A stretch of DNA of 64,000 bases, taken from assembly GCA_002748835.1 (NCBI GenBank), contig PDTL01000014.1, forward strand, positions 23,838-87,837, written 5' to 3'. Shown here one piece after another: positions 47,679-57,854 of the stretch. How positions within the stretch are numbered: the stretch's first letter is position 1; each line of letters opens with the position of its first letter. This DNA is from Deltaproteobacteria bacterium. Lineage in GTDB: Bacteria; Desulfobacterota; Desulfobacteria; Desulfobacterales; GCA-2748835. The notes below the pieces were generated by a model that was given only the letters and a program-made list of their open reading frames with translations, searched no databases and was not told the DNA's origin. The position numbers were made by a program, and so were the translations under genes.

Positions 47679-48131
47679 AATTCGTTTTCCCAGTCGTTGT
47701 ACCGTTTGTCGTTACCGGATCGACACGGAATGTGCAAGGGGGGCACGTCGTCTCTGACAGTTTGGCACGTATATTCTGTTTAATAACATGCGTATCGAAC
47801 CCTGTCCAATGGAATTGTTTCATATACATGTGTAGCAAGTGTGAATGCTGTTTATGACATGTGAACAAATCGACACATGAAGCTGTTGAGTATGTATAAA
47901 ATGAAGTCCGTATTTAGGATCATTCTTCTCGAAAAGGTGTTACCTAATAACCCCATTCTGTTTCGATTTTATTCCATGGTTAAAATATTTTTTTATTTTA
48001 ATTGGTTGAAAGAGCGCAACAGGGGAATCCGTGGCAGTTTGTTCACAGAGAAAGGTCGTTTATTCGTGAAGATGACGATTTTGTATTTGATAACGTTTTA
48101 TATCCAGTTGGTTATATTTTATTTTTTCTCT

Positions 48132-48146
48132 TGGCCCGGGTATTGC
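48132..48146 (+). promoter_or_regulatory. sigma-54 (-24/-12) promoter upstream of the SatP-like gene
   Basis: TTGGCCCGGGTATTGCTAAT, that is TGGCCC-N5-TTGCT with correct GG/GC spacing, about 120 nt upstream of the ATG at 48268. It is nearly identical to the element at 45077-45092. Confidence 0.65.
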
Positions 48147-48267
48147 TAATTACTCCTGTACCGATAGAAAGTGCGGTTTATTGTTTCGCAGACCAGATGC
48201 TGCCTGAGGGGAATGTGGCGGGGCTGGTTGATGATTACTTTTTTAAACGGACAAAGGGAGGTATTAC

Positions 48268-48867
48268 ATGTCAGGTCATGCAGAACATTCGTTTGCAACA
48301 CCAGGTCCCGCAGGTTTGGGTGCGCTTGCTGTCGCATGTTTCGGATTCGGTGCCGTGTTTCTTGGACAGGTCAAATTAGAGGGATTGCCGTTGCTGGCCG
48401 CATGGCTTGTCGGCGGGGGAATTGTTCAGTATACGGTCGCAGTTATCGAACTCAAGGATCACAACCTTACCGGCGGAAATGTATTTCTTTTCTTTTCAGC
48501 CTTTTTCATGTTCGGTGCATCGCTGAGTGTGTTTGCGAAATTCATGCTCGTCAAGTTCGGTATGACGCCGCATGCGGTGGTCGAAGGATGGTGCTGGCTG
48601 GCGGGGGCGCTCTTTTTGACCGGTGCTACACCTGCATACCTGAAATCAACCAAGCTGTTGTTTACCATTGTCGTGCTTCTTGATATCGCACTCTGGCTCA
48701 TCTGTCTGCTGGATCTCGGAAAAATCAACCCGGCAACCTATAAGCCGGTCGTTGCGTATCTGCTGATCGCTTCCGGTGCCATTGCCAGTTATATTGTGGC
48801 GGCGATTATGACGAACGAGGCCTTTGGCCGAAGTGTCTTGCCCTTACCGGGACCGTTTGCAAAATAG
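48268..48867 (+). CDS. GPR1/FUN34/YaaH (SatP) family acetate/succinate channel
   Basis: 199 aa, 6 TM. N-terminus FATPGPAGLGALAVACFGFG corresponds to the family NPAPLGL motif. AGGGAGG RBS. Confidence 0.8.
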   Translation: MSGHAEHSFATPGPAGLGALAVACFGFGAVFLGQVKLEGLPLLAAWLVGGGIVQYTVAVIELKDHNLTGGNVFLFFSAFFMFGASLSVFAKFMLVKFGMTPHAVVEGWCWLAGALFLTGATPAYLKSTKLLFTIVVLLDIALWLICLLDLGKINPATYKPVVAYLLIASGAIASYIVAAIMTNEAFGRSVLPLPGPFAK

Positions 48868-48893
48868 TCGGTCAATAAAAAGACGGAAATGTA

Positions 48894-48929
48894 AGCCTCC
48901 GGCAGCCTGCTGCCGGAGGCTTTTTTTTC
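48894..48929 (+). terminator. rho-independent terminator
   Basis: Perfect 12-bp stem AGCCTCCGGCAG / CTGCCGGAGGCT with loop CCTG, followed by 8 T. Confidence 0.8.
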
Positions 48930-49114
48930 TTCTATTCATGGGGTTGTATTTTTTTTGTCTTCAGGGCACATTCCCCCGAAACTAGCCACTGACGGTGGTG
49001 AAGTATCGTGCATGCCGAGGATGCCAGGCTGGCTGAAGGAAAGGACATCATCCCAGCGGCAAGAAAACTGATGAAGAACGCTTTAACTAAACGCGGCTGC
49101 ACAGGTCATGGCGG

Positions 49115-50470
49115 CTAAAGAAGGGGCGCTGCCTGACTGCGCGCCTCTGGATTCAGACAGCGTCCCTCGGAACCGTTTTTCCCGGGAATCAGCTCAAATA
49201 TCTGCCGGGGGAACAAGCCTTTTTCATTCCTGTGTGACACATAAATGATCGCTGTACGACTTTCTTTTCCGATCTTGTTGACCAATGCGGTCAGGATGGC
49301 GACATGGGCGTCATTCAGGCCATGGGTGGGTTCATCTAAAATCAGCAAGGGGGGATGCTTGATCATGGCGCGTGCAATGAGGACCATGCACTGCTGGTCT
49401 TCGGACAGATCCGAAAACCAGGTATGTCTGAAATCCGTCAGCCCGATCAGGTCGATCCACTGGCCGGCCAGATGCTTTTGCAGGCTCGAGGGTTTTTTGT
49501 ACAACCCGATGGAATCATAGAGGCCTGCAGTGATCATGCTCTCCACCGTATGTCTGCCACCAAACAGCACGGTCATGGCAGGGGTCACATAGCCGATCTT
49601 CTTTTTGATATCCCAGACACTTTCGCCGCTCCCTTTTTTCCGGCCGAAGAGCATCAGGTTCTGACCATACGCCTTGGGATTGTCTCCGGTTATCAGGGTC
49701 AGAAGTGTGGTTTTTCCGGACCCGTTCGGCCCCACAAGTTGCCAAAAATCTCCCGGACGAATCTCCCAGGAAATGTGGTTTACGATCGCCTTTTCGCCGT
49801 AGAGAACAGAAACGTCCTGAAACGAAATGAGCGGATCTGTTACTGGTTCCGGGTCGCCTAATGCCGGCGGAATCATCCGGTTTGAAAAAACGGGCGGTGC
49901 CTCCGAATCGTGTTGCAGATAAGCTGCGATGGTGCCTGAAAAAGCGATGGTGCCATCTTTGATCTGCAACACGTGGTGGATGAAAGGGAGGATACTCTCT
50001 TTTCTCCGGAAGATTTGAATCAGGGTGATTTTTTCCGAAAGCAGGTGCAGCTGGTCACGCAGGCTTGATTGCGAGGCCGCGTCCAGCATGTCAAACGGGT
50101 TATCGAGGATCAGAAAATCCGGATGCCGGGAAAGGAGATGATTCAGCAGCGCTTTCTTCTGTTCACCACTGGAAAAGGTCTGGATACTGCGCTGTTCCTG
50201 ATGTGAAAGCGTATAATCATCATGGATGGCCTCTTCTTTGATAAAATGGTTCAGTGTGGCGGTTGAAAAAAGTGCCCCGGTTTTTCCGGCAAGATCCTGA
50301 AAGGGTGGACCTGCTGTTCCCTTGAGCAGGCGTTTCATGAAATCAGCTTCCATGGAAAGCCCGGATCCGTCGATGGCCCAGTGTGTCATTTTTTTCATAG
50401 GTTCGTTCATGTGTCGCAGTATGCCATTTTTTTGATCCGAGAAACAGTGAATTTTATAGCTGTTGTTCAC
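49115..50470 (-). CDS. modF: ModF-like tandem ABC ATPase (degenerate first nucleotide-binding domain)
   Basis: The second half closely follows the ModF pattern ([53 protein letters not shown]...LILDEPTHGLND). The first half keeps the signature (FSSGEQKKALL) and Walker B (FLILDNPFDMLD). Its Walker A position reads IDGSGLSMEAD, with no GKS/T. Confidence 0.75.
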   Translation of the reverse strand: MNNSYKIHCFSDQKNGILRHMNEPMKKMTHWAIDGSGLSMEADFMKRLLKGTAGPPFQDLAGKTGALFSTATLNHFIKEEAIHDDYTLSHQEQRSIQTFSSGEQKKALLNHLLSRHPDFLILDNPFDMLDAASQSSLRDQLHLLSEKITLIQIFRRKESILPFIHHVLQIKDGTIAFSGTIAAYLQHDSEAPPVFSNRMIPPALGDPEPVTDPLISFQDVSVLYGEKAIVNHISWEIRPGDFWQLVGPNGSGKTTLLTLITGDNPKAYGQNLMLFGRKKGSGESVWDIKKKIGYVTPAMTVLFGGRHTVESMITAGLYDSIGLYKKPSSLQKHLAGQWIDLIGLTDFRHTWFSDLSEDQQCMVLIARAMIKHPPLLILDEPTHGLNDAHVAILTALVNKIGKESRTAIIYVSHRNEKGLFPRQIFELIPGKNGSEGRCLNPEARSQAAPLL

Positions 50471-50570
50471 TTCAGCATCAGATCGGCTTGACTGACGTGT
50501 TTGGATGGTTAGTTTCCGTTTTCAGCAACTCGGGTCGCCTTTTACGCAGGAAAGGCCTTGGAGGAAACAA

Positions 50571-53162
50571 ATGCGATTTGACAAATTGACGGTAAAATCC
50601 CAGGAATTGGTTCAGGATGCCCATTCTCTGGCATCTGAAAAACATCATCAGCAGATCGAACCGGAACACCTGTTTGACCGGATGCTCGCCGATCCCGACG
50701 GAATTGTCCGTTCCATTCTGGTGAAAATCGGTGTATCTCCAGATTTCCTGGCCGCAGAAGCAGCGGGCTTGGTTGGGCGTCTGCCATCGGTCACCGGATC
50801 TGGTCTGGCAGATATCCATATTTCAGCAAAAACCCGCAGTCTTCTGGATGCTGCATTCAAAGAAGCCGACACCATGCATGATGCCTATGTGAGTATTGAG
50901 CACCTGTTTTTGGCCATGACATCGGATACCGCGTATGCGGTGGGCAGGCTGCTCAAACAGCAGGGGATAAAGCGGCAGACCGTGCTCGCGGTTCTCATGG
51001 AGATCCGGGGAAACCAGCGGGTCACAGATCAGAATCCTGAAGACAAGTATCAGGCGCTTGAAAAATACGCCCGGGATCTTACGGAGCTGGCCCGAAAGGG
51101 AACGCTTGATCCGGTGATCGGCCGGGACGAGGAAATTCGCCGGGTGGTGCAGGTACTCTCCCGTCGTCAGAAAAACAACCCGGTGCTGATCGGTGAACCG
51201 GGGGTCGGTAAGACGGCCATCGTCGAAGGCCTGGCCCTTCGTATTGCCGAAGGGGATGTGGCGGAAACCCTGAAAGATCGTAAAATCGCCTCACTCGACA
51301 TGGGGGCCCTCATTGCCGGTGCAAAATACCGGGGTGAGTTCGAAGATCGGTTGAAAGCCGTGCTGAAAGAGGTGGAACGGGCCGAAGGTGACGTCATCCT
51401 TTTTATCGATGAACTCCACACGCTCGTAGGCGCCGGTGCGGCAGAAGGAGCCATGGACGCCTCGAACATGCTGAAACCGGCCCTGGCGCGCGGAACACTT
51501 CGGTGCGTGGGTGCTACCACCTTAAAGGAATACCGGAAATACATTGAAAAGGATGCCGCCCTGGAACGGCGTTTCCAGCCGGTGTTCTGCGACCAACCGT
51601 CGGTGACCGATGCCATTGCCATTCTCCGGGGGCTCAAGGAAAAATACGAGGTACACCACGGGGTAAAAATAACCGATTCCGCCCTGGTGGCGGCAGCCAC
51701 TCTTTCGGACCGCTACATCACGGACCGGTTTCTGCCGGACAAGGCCATTGACCTGATGGATGAATGTGCCTCCAAACTGCGTATTGAAATCGACTCCATG
51801 CCCACGGAAATCGACGAAGTTCAGCGAAAAATCCTCAGGCTGGAGGTTGAACGGGAGGCGCTGAAAAAAGAGTCGGACCACCGGTCTGTGGAACGGCTGG
51901 AAAAGATCAAGGCCGAACTATCTGCTCTCGGGGAAGACCTGCATGAGATGAAGGCCCATTGGCAGAATGAAAAGGGAATGATTGCCGAGATCCGTTCGGT
52001 GAAAGCGGAGCTGGAACAGCTGGGTGTTGAAGAACAGTTGGCAGAACGTGACGGAAATCTTGCCCGGGTGGCCGAACTCCGGTATGGAACGGCGAACGCC
52101 CTGAAGCAGAAACTGGACGCGGCCAATGCACGCCTTGCCGACCTTCAGGCCAGCCGGAAGATGTTAAAAGAACAAGTGGATGCGGAAGACATCGCCGAAG
52201 TGGTCAGCCGCTGGACGGGGATACCGGTTTCCCGAATGCTTGAAGGCGAAATGGAAAAACTGGTTCACATGGAAGACCGGCTCCAGCAGCGGGTGATTGG
52301 CCAGGAAAAAGCGGTAACAGCGGTATCGAATGCCGTTCGCCGGTCCCGGTCCGGGCTTCAGGATCCGAATCGCCCCATGGGGTCGTTTATTTTCATGGGG
52401 CCCACCGGTGTGGGAAAAACCGAACTGGCCAAATCATTAGCGGATTTTTTGTTTGACAGCGAGCAGGCCATGGTGCGCGTTGATATGTCCGAATTCATGG
52501 AAAAACATGCTGTTTCCCGGCTCATCGGTGCACCGCCGGGATATGTGGGATACGAGGAAGGGGGATACCTGACCGAGGCTGTGCGTCGGCGGCCGTATGC
52601 GGTGATCCTGTTTGACGAGATCGAAAAAGCGCATCCCGACGTGTTCAACGTGCTGCTCCAGATTCTGGATGACGGCCGGCTCACGGACGGTCAGGGAAAA
52701 ACCGTGGATTTCAAGAACACGCTGATCATCATGACTTCCAATGTGGGCAGTCAGATCATACAGGACTTTGGTGCAGACAAACGATCGGAGATGGAAGCTG
52801 CCGTGAAACAGGTGCTGCGAGCTCAGTTTAAACCAGAATTCTTGAACCGCATTGACGAGACCCTCATCTTCAGGAACCTGAACGCGGATGAGATCGGCCG
52901 GATTGTCGATATCCAGCTGTCCCGGCTTGAAACGCGTCTGGAAGCGCGGGGCCTTTCTCTTGAGCTTGACGATGCAGTCCGCCGTCTGCTCGCTGAAAAA
53001 GGATATGATCCGGTCTATGGCGCCCGGCCCTTGAAACGGGCCATCCAGCAGTTCATTGAAAATCCGCTTGCCATGGAAATGCTCAAAGGCAGATTTCCCG
53101 AAGGAACGCAGATTCTCGGCGTGCTTGCAGAAGACGGGGAGATCGATTTTCGGGTAAGGTGA
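50571..53162 (+). CDS. clpB: ATP-dependent chaperone ClpB
   Basis: ATG at 50571 after GGAGGAAACAA; the track start at 50505 is upstream. Clp_N repeats. NBD1 has [13 protein letters not shown] and ILFIDELH. There is a long coiled-coil M-domain. NBD2 has [12 protein letters not shown] and [10 protein letters not shown]. Confidence 0.95.
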   Translation: MRFDKLTVKSQELVQDAHSLASEKHHQQIEPEHLFDRMLADPDGIVRSILVKIGVSPDFLAAEAAGLVGRLPSVTGSGLADIHISAKTRSLLDAAFKEADTMHDAYVSIEHLFLAMTSDTAYAVGRLLKQQGIKRQTVLAVLMEIRGNQRVTDQNPEDKYQALEKYARDLTELARKGTLDPVIGRDEEIRRVVQVLSRRQKNNPVLIGEPGVGKTAIVEGLALRIAEGDVAETLKDRKIASLDMGALIAGAKYRGEFEDRLKAVLKEVERAEGDVILFIDELHTLVGAGAAEGAMDASNMLKPALARGTLRCVGATTLKEYRKYIEKDAALERRFQPVFCDQPSVTDAIAILRGLKEKYEVHHGVKITDSALVAAATLSDRYITDRFLPDKAIDLMDECASKLRIEIDSMPTEIDEVQRKILRLEVEREALKKESDHRSVERLEKIKAELSALGEDLHEMKAHWQNEKGMIAEIRSVKAELEQLGVEEQLAERDGNLARVAELRYGTANALKQKLDAANARLADLQASRKMLKEQVDAEDIAEVVSRWTGIPVSRMLEGEMEKLVHMEDRLQQRVIGQEKAVTAVSNAVRRSRSGLQDPNRPMGSFIFMGPTGVGKTELAKSLADFLFDSEQAMVRVDMSEFMEKHAVSRLIGAPPGYVGYEEGGYLTEAVRRRPYAVILFDEIEKAHPDVFNVLLQILDDGRLTDGQGKTVDFKNTLIIMTSNVGSQIIQDFGADKRSEMEAAVKQVLRAQFKPEFLNRIDETLIFRNLNADEIGRIVDIQLSRLETRLEARGLSLELDDAVRRLLAEKGYDPVYGARPLKRAIQQFIENPLAMEMLKGRFPEGTQILGVLAEDGEIDFRVR

Positions 53163-53496
53163 ATGGCATCGGTTATCTGAGATCTGAGAAACACAAAAAA
53201 AGGAGTGGATCCGCATTTACAAAAAGAGATGTTTACAGTATCGTTTATTGGTGTTATCGGGCAGCGGGGCTGGAACCGCTCCGATGCTGTGACGGAAGCA
53301 TTGAGTTGATTGGCGTATGATCTGTTGTTGTTTTGTACCCCCCCAGTGTATGACCCGTTATTGGCTCTGGCAGTCTGCAGGCAATCCCTGCATGACTGCT
53401 GGAGCTTTGTCGTTTCAGGATGTCGTGTTCACATGCCGCGCCCTGCGGCGGTTTCCCGGGCGTTGTCGTCCCGCATGATGCGATTCAGGAGGACCC

Positions 53497-54795
53497 ATGC
53501 AGATTGTAACATCCCATCGCAGTACCGATTTTGATGCCCTGGCTTCCATGATTGCCGCGACCGTCCTTTACCCGGACACCATACCCGTGCTCCCCAACTC
53601 GGTGAATCCCAATGTGAAGGCATTCCTCTCCATTCACAAAGATATTTTTGATACCTATGCACCCAATGAAATCGCACTTGACGCTGTGGACCGGTTGATT
53701 GTGGTGGATACCAGTAACTGGGATCGACTTGACGGGATGAAACCGCTGAAAAATAAAACGGATTTGGATATCATTTTGTGGGATCATCATGTGGAAGGAG
53801 ATATCAAGGCGGGTTGGGTCTGCCGGGAAGAGACCGGGTCCTGCATCACCCTGATGGTCCGGGAGATGAAAGCCCGGCGAAAGGTGATTTCTCCTGTTCA
53901 GGCGACTTTGTTTCTCATGGGATTGTATGAAGACACGGGGAACCTGTCGTTTCTGAATACAAAGGCAGCAGATGCCATGGCCGCAGCCTGGTTGCTCGAG
54001 CGGAAAGCGGATCTCAACGTGCTGTCTTCTTTTATCCGTCAGGCATACGGGGAAAAACAGAAGGGGATCCTGTTTGATGTGCTAAAAGATGCCCAGCGGC
54101 AGAAGGTGAGCGGGTTTTCCATCAGCATCACATGTGTGGAAATCGCCGGGCATGTGGGAAACCTGTCTGTAGTAGTGAATATGTTCCGGGAAATCATGAA
54201 TGTGGACGCGGCATTCTGCATTTTTGTGGACATCAGCCGGGGGCGTTCCATCGTCATCGGACGCGGCAGCTCGGATGCGCTGAATATCGGGACCATCATG
54301 CGGGGCATGGGCGGCGGCGGTCACCCGGGTGCCGGGTCTGCCATGCTCAAAGGGGTGAAACCTGAGGCCATTGAAGAGATGATCGTGGATCTCATCAAGG
54401 GAAATCAGCAGTCGTCGGTACGGATCAGCGACCTCATGAGTTTTCCGGTCTTCACTGTGCGTTCGGATACGCCCATGAACGAAGTGGCCCTGGTCCTTCG
54501 GGAAAAAGGCTGCACCGGTCTACCAGTGGTGGATGACGATAAACTGGTGGGCGTGATTTCCCGAAGGGATTTCCGGAAGGCGCGGAAAAAAAGTCAGCAC
54601 ACAGCCCCGGTCCGGGCGTTCATGAGCCATGACCCGGTTTCCATCATGCCGGATCAGAGCCCCATGGAAGCGGCCCGGATCATGATCAAACACGATATCG
54701 GGAGATTGCCGGTCCTGGATGAAAACGGCCGTATTATCGGCATCGTGTCACGCTCCGATACCATGACTTATTTCTATGATTTGCTGCCGGATTAA
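53497..54795 (+). CDS. DHH/DHHA1-family phosphoesterase with tandem CBS domains
   Basis: AGGAGGA RBS. Motifs H.STDFDALAS (DHH motif I-like), VVDT, WDHH and GGGGHPGAGSA (DHHA1 GGGH). Two C-terminal CBS repeats (TGLPVVDDDKLVGVISRRD and IGRLPVLDENGRIIGIVSRSD). Confidence 0.8.
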   Translation: MQIVTSHRSTDFDALASMIAATVLYPDTIPVLPNSVNPNVKAFLSIHKDIFDTYAPNEIALDAVDRLIVVDTSNWDRLDGMKPLKNKTDLDIILWDHHVEGDIKAGWVCREETGSCITLMVREMKARRKVISPVQATLFLMGLYEDTGNLSFLNTKAADAMAAAWLLERKADLNVLSSFIRQAYGEKQKGILFDVLKDAQRQKVSGFSISITCVEIAGHVGNLSVVVNMFREIMNVDAAFCIFVDISRGRSIVIGRGSSDALNIGTIMRGMGGGGHPGAGSAMLKGVKPEAIEEMIVDLIKGNQQSSVRISDLMSFPVFTVRSDTPMNEVALVLREKGCTGLPVVDDDKLVGVISRRDFRKARKKSQHTAPVRAFMSHDPVSIMPDQSPMEAARIMIKHDIGRLPVLDENGRIIGIVSRSDTMTYFYDLLPD

Positions 54796-54838
54796 CAGCG
54801 TTAACTCTGGGTGGCTCTCACAAAAGGCCCGAAATCTG

Positions 54839-55465
54839 TTAAAACGCTTCATCCAGGGCCGCCAGATCCATGTTTCGGGCAAAGGCTTTCAGCACACTTC
54901 CGGATTCGATCCCGCTGCCTTCAATGTTCAGGGTCACTTTGTCCCCCACCTGAAGGGTCAGGTTACCGCTTTTTTCTGAAGCATCAAAGGAGAGTGTTCC
55001 TGTATATCCCTGAATCCGGGTCGATGTCATGTTGGGGCCGCCGGTATCCCCGCCGCCGAACGCTGCAAACAGGGCACCCATTTTGGCCATGCTGCCCACG
55101 GAGCCGCCAATACCGCCCGTGACAAGGGACAGCTTTACAATCGCATTATTCTTACCCGTATATTCCGCTTCTGCGCCCGCATTGCCGACGACCGAAGCGG
55201 CCTGGCCCATGCCCTGGGCGTTCTTGGCTGTCAGTTTGAATCCGGCCGGTGCGTCGGGGATAAAGTTGATCAGACTTCCCGCATTCAATTCATTTACTTT
55301 GGAAACCGCATAATTGAGTTCTTCGATGGCTTTGTTGAAGTCGCCTTTTTCAATGAGTCGTTTGGCCGTGTTCAGGCTGTCAAGCGCCTCTTCTTTAGCT
55401 TCATTTGCAAACCCCACCGTAGCCGCCAGCATGATCATTGCGCAGAATAGACATATCTTTTTCAT
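54839..55465 (-). CDS. secreted hypothetical protein
   Basis: ATG at 55465 after GGAGGAAG (MKKICLFCAMIMLAATVGFA signal peptide). Gly/Ala-rich beta-type sequence. No family recognised. Confidence 0.55.
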   Translation of the reverse strand: MKKICLFCAMIMLAATVGFANEAKEEALDSLNTAKRLIEKGDFNKAIEELNYAVSKVNELNAGSLINFIPDAPAGFKLTAKNAQGMGQAASVVGNAGAEAEYTGKNNAIVKLSLVTGGIGGSVGSMAKMGALFAAFGGGDTGGPNMTSTRIQGYTGTLSFDASEKSGNLTLQVGDKVTLNIEGSGIESGSVLKAFARNMDLAALDEAF

Positions 55466-55590
55466 AAAACTTCCTCCAGGATGCGTATCAATCAATAAAT
55501 CTGGTTAACCTAAAAACAGGGACACTGTAATCCGCAATTCTTGAAAATTCAATTTTAAATCGCACCAGCCCCACTATTTTCGATCTATCG

Positions 55591-56136
55591 TCACGTCATC
55601 GGGTGACCGTTTGCTGGCAGAGCCCTTAATGGTGCTGCAGGCGTTCCAAGCAGTGTTTGAATTCGGGAAATAACCCCTTCAACAGATGGCTCGGTAAAGA
55701 TAGGGGCGGTTTGCGGCCTTAGTTCCTGAAGCGCAGTTGAAAGGGCGGCAGATGGGGCAAGGAGAATAACAGATCGACCGGCTTTAAGGGCCATGACCAC
55801 TTCTGAGACCGTGCCCGGCCCTCCGGCACAGGCCACAATCACATGACTGGATAAAACATTGATCACGTTTCGGGCTTGACCCATTCCGGTGAGAACAGGG
55901 ATTCGAATGTGCGGACTGGTGAGGTCTGCGGTGGTATCCGGGAGGATACCGATGGTCAGTCCGCCCGCCTCGTAGGCACCTTTGGCGGATGCTGCCATGA
56001 TGCCGGCGTTACGGCCGCCATTGAGCAGAATCCAGCCATGTTCCGCAATTTTTTTTCCGAGGATGCGGGCGGTTTCCAAGTGGGCGTCACTGACCCTTCC
56101 GCCACCCATGACGCCGATGATCGGCTGATGGTTCAT
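55591..56136 (-). CDS. TIGR00725/LOG-like (SLOG-fold) protein
   Basis: IGVMGGG...LLNGGRNAGIMAASAKGA..AGGLTIGILP...ACAGGPGTVSEV is the LOG/TIGR00725 Rossmann-like pattern. Confidence 0.7.
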   Translation of the reverse strand: MNHQPIIGVMGGGRVSDAHLETARILGKKIAEHGWILLNGGRNAGIMAASAKGAYEAGGLTIGILPDTTADLTSPHIRIPVLTGMGQARNVINVLSSHVIVACAGGPGTVSEVVMALKAGRSVILLAPSAALSTALQELRPQTAPIFTEPSVEGVISRIQTLLGTPAAPLRALPANGHPMT

Positions 56137-56283
56137 GCGCGACTCCAGTGTGTTAAATTACAACTATATCGTAAACGTCAAGGTGCGTAAACCCGTATTG
56201 AAAAAAAAGCGTGCATGGGCTATAGAAAAGGTTCATATGTTCCGTGACCGTTGCGCTGTCTTGACTGAACGTCTGTAAAAGGA

Positions 56284-56976
56284 GTGCTTTTCGTGTCTCA
56301 GCAAGAAACCACAAAAATTCTCATCGTAGATGACCATCCGCTGTTCCGGGAAGGACTGAAGACCATTGTGGAACTGGACAAACGGTTCCAGGTCGTCGGG
56401 GAGGCCGGTACCGGTCGGCAGGGGATCCACATGGCAGCGGAGCTTAAACCGGATATCGCGGTTGTCGATATTTCCCTGCCCGATATCAACGGGATCAATG
56501 TGACCAGTGAAGTTCGAAAAAAAGCGCCGGGAACACGAATTATGATCGTCAGCATGCATTCGAAAATTGATTATATTGCCGAAGCGTTTCAGGCCGGTGC
56601 CACTGGATATGTTGTCAAAGATTCTGCTTCGGAACGGCTGATTCAGGGCCTGGAAGCGGTGCTCAAAGGGGAGTATTTTCTGGACAGCTCGGTTTCTCGT
56701 CAGGTGGTGGAAAAGCTGATGAAGTTTCCGATAAAGGAAGCAAAAATCGCGGACACGGAATACGGCGCACTCACTCCCCGCGAGCAGGAAATCATGCGTC
56801 TTCTCGCAGAGGGATCGACTCCCAAGGAGATTGCGGATAAGCTTTGCATCAGTCCGAAAACAGTGGAAAATCATCGTTCAAATATCATGAAAAAACTCGA
56901 TATCCATTCGACCATGGAGCTGGTTCGGTATGCCGCCAAACTCGGTCTCATTGATGTTGATCTCTGGAAGGAATAA
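56284..56976 (+). CDS. NarL/LuxR-family response regulator
   Basis: REC domain ILIVDDHPLFREGL..PDIAVVDISLPDING (phospho-Asp context). C-terminal LuxR HTH LTPREQEIMRLLAEGSTPKEIADKLCISPKTVENHRSNIMKKL. The start is GTG 56284 or 56293. Confidence 0.9.
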   Translation: MLFVSQQETTKILIVDDHPLFREGLKTIVELDKRFQVVGEAGTGRQGIHMAAELKPDIAVVDISLPDINGINVTSEVRKKAPGTRIMIVSMHSKIDYIAEAFQAGATGYVVKDSASERLIQGLEAVLKGEYFLDSSVSRQVVEKLMKFPIKEAKIADTEYGALTPREQEIMRLLAEGSTPKEIADKLCISPKTVENHRSNIMKKLDIHSTMELVRYAAKLGLIDVDLWKE

Positions 56977-56984
56977 GGGGTTAT

Positions 56985-57854
56985 ATGACAATTGAATTCT
57001 CACGACTGGCCGTCTGGTTCGCAGCCGCAAAGTCGGCCTTTTTTGCCGGGGAGAAAATTCTTGAAGTCTATGGAAAAGCAGATTTCGGGGTTGCTGAAAA
57101 AACGGACCAGACCCCGGTCACGGATGCAGACCGGAAAGCACATGCTGTGATTGCTGACATGCTCGCAGAGACCGGCATCCCTCTGCTGAGTGAAGAAGGC
57201 CGGGATATCCCCTTTGAGGAACGCAGAAAATGGAAGCACATGTGGCTGGTGGATCCCCTGGACGGGACCAAGGAATTTATCAAACGGAATGGAGAGTTTA
57301 CCGTCAACATCGCGCTGATAGAAAATGGTAACCCGGTGTTCGGAGTGGTCCATGTACCGGTAAAGAATCGGCTTTATCTGGGTGCAGCCGAATGGGGTGC
57401 ATGTGTGAGTTCGCCAACAGAGAAGATGTTCCGCGACCCGTTGACCTGGTGGGAATCCATACAGATGTCGGAAAAATTGATCCCGCAGGTGTATAGCGAA
57501 TCAGACCGGGCGAAAAAAAAACCGTATGTACTGGTGGCCAGCCGGTCCCACCTCACACCAGAGGTGGAGGCGTTTGCTGAAACCTGCAGGCAGCGGTATC
57601 CGGCGGTCTCGTTTGTGTCTGCTGGCAGCTCTCTGAAGTTCTGCCTCCTGGCAGAAGGATCGGCCCATATTTATCCGCGCTTGGGGCCGACCATGGAATG
57701 GGATACGGCAGCGGGTCAGGCCGTGGCACAGGCTGCCGGTGCAACGGTTGTGGAATGGGTGTCCCGGGAACCGCTTCTGTACAATAAACCCTCCCTCAAA
57801 AATCCCTGGTTTGTGGTGTCGCCTTCAGCCGATACCCGTGGAGGTCTCAGCTAA
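56985..57854 (+). CDS. cysQ: 3'(2'),5'-bisphosphate nucleotidase CysQ
   Basis: Inositol-monophosphatase-family motifs SEE, WLVDPLDGTKEF and WDTAAGQAV. The size and context next to APS kinase fit CysQ. Confidence 0.85.
   Translation: MTIEFSRLAVWFAAAKSAFFAGEKILEVYGKADFGVAEKTDQTPVTDADRKAHAVIADMLAETGIPLLSEEGRDIPFEERRKWKHMWLVDPLDGTKEFIKRNGEFTVNIALIENGNPVFGVVHVPVKNRLYLGAAEWGACVSSPTEKMFRDPLTWWESIQMSEKLIPQVYSESDRAKKKPYVLVASRSHLTPEVEAFAETCRQRYPAVSFVSAGSSLKFCLLAEGSAHIYPRLGPTMEWDTAAGQAVAQAAGATVVEWVSREPLLYNKPSLKNPWFVVSPSADTRGGLS

Noticed and set aside
47763-47778. TGGCACGTATATTCTG as a further sigma-54 promoter
   Set aside because: The -24 half is perfect, but the -12 position has CT instead of GC. A much better element lies at 48132.
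47877-48379. 90-aa and 125-aa ORFs in the AT-rich spacer between the activator and the SatP-like gene
   Set aside because: Their composition is Phe/Ile/Lys/Tyr-rich, as expected from AT-rich non-coding DNA. They overlap the sigma-54 promoter region and show no RBS.
53368-53383. TGGCAGTCTGCAGGCA upstream of the DHH-CBS gene as a sigma-54 promoter
   Set aside because: The GG/GC spacing is right, but the -12 region (AGGCA) and -24 region (TGGCAG) both deviate, and there is no nearby EBP. The match is too weak to call.
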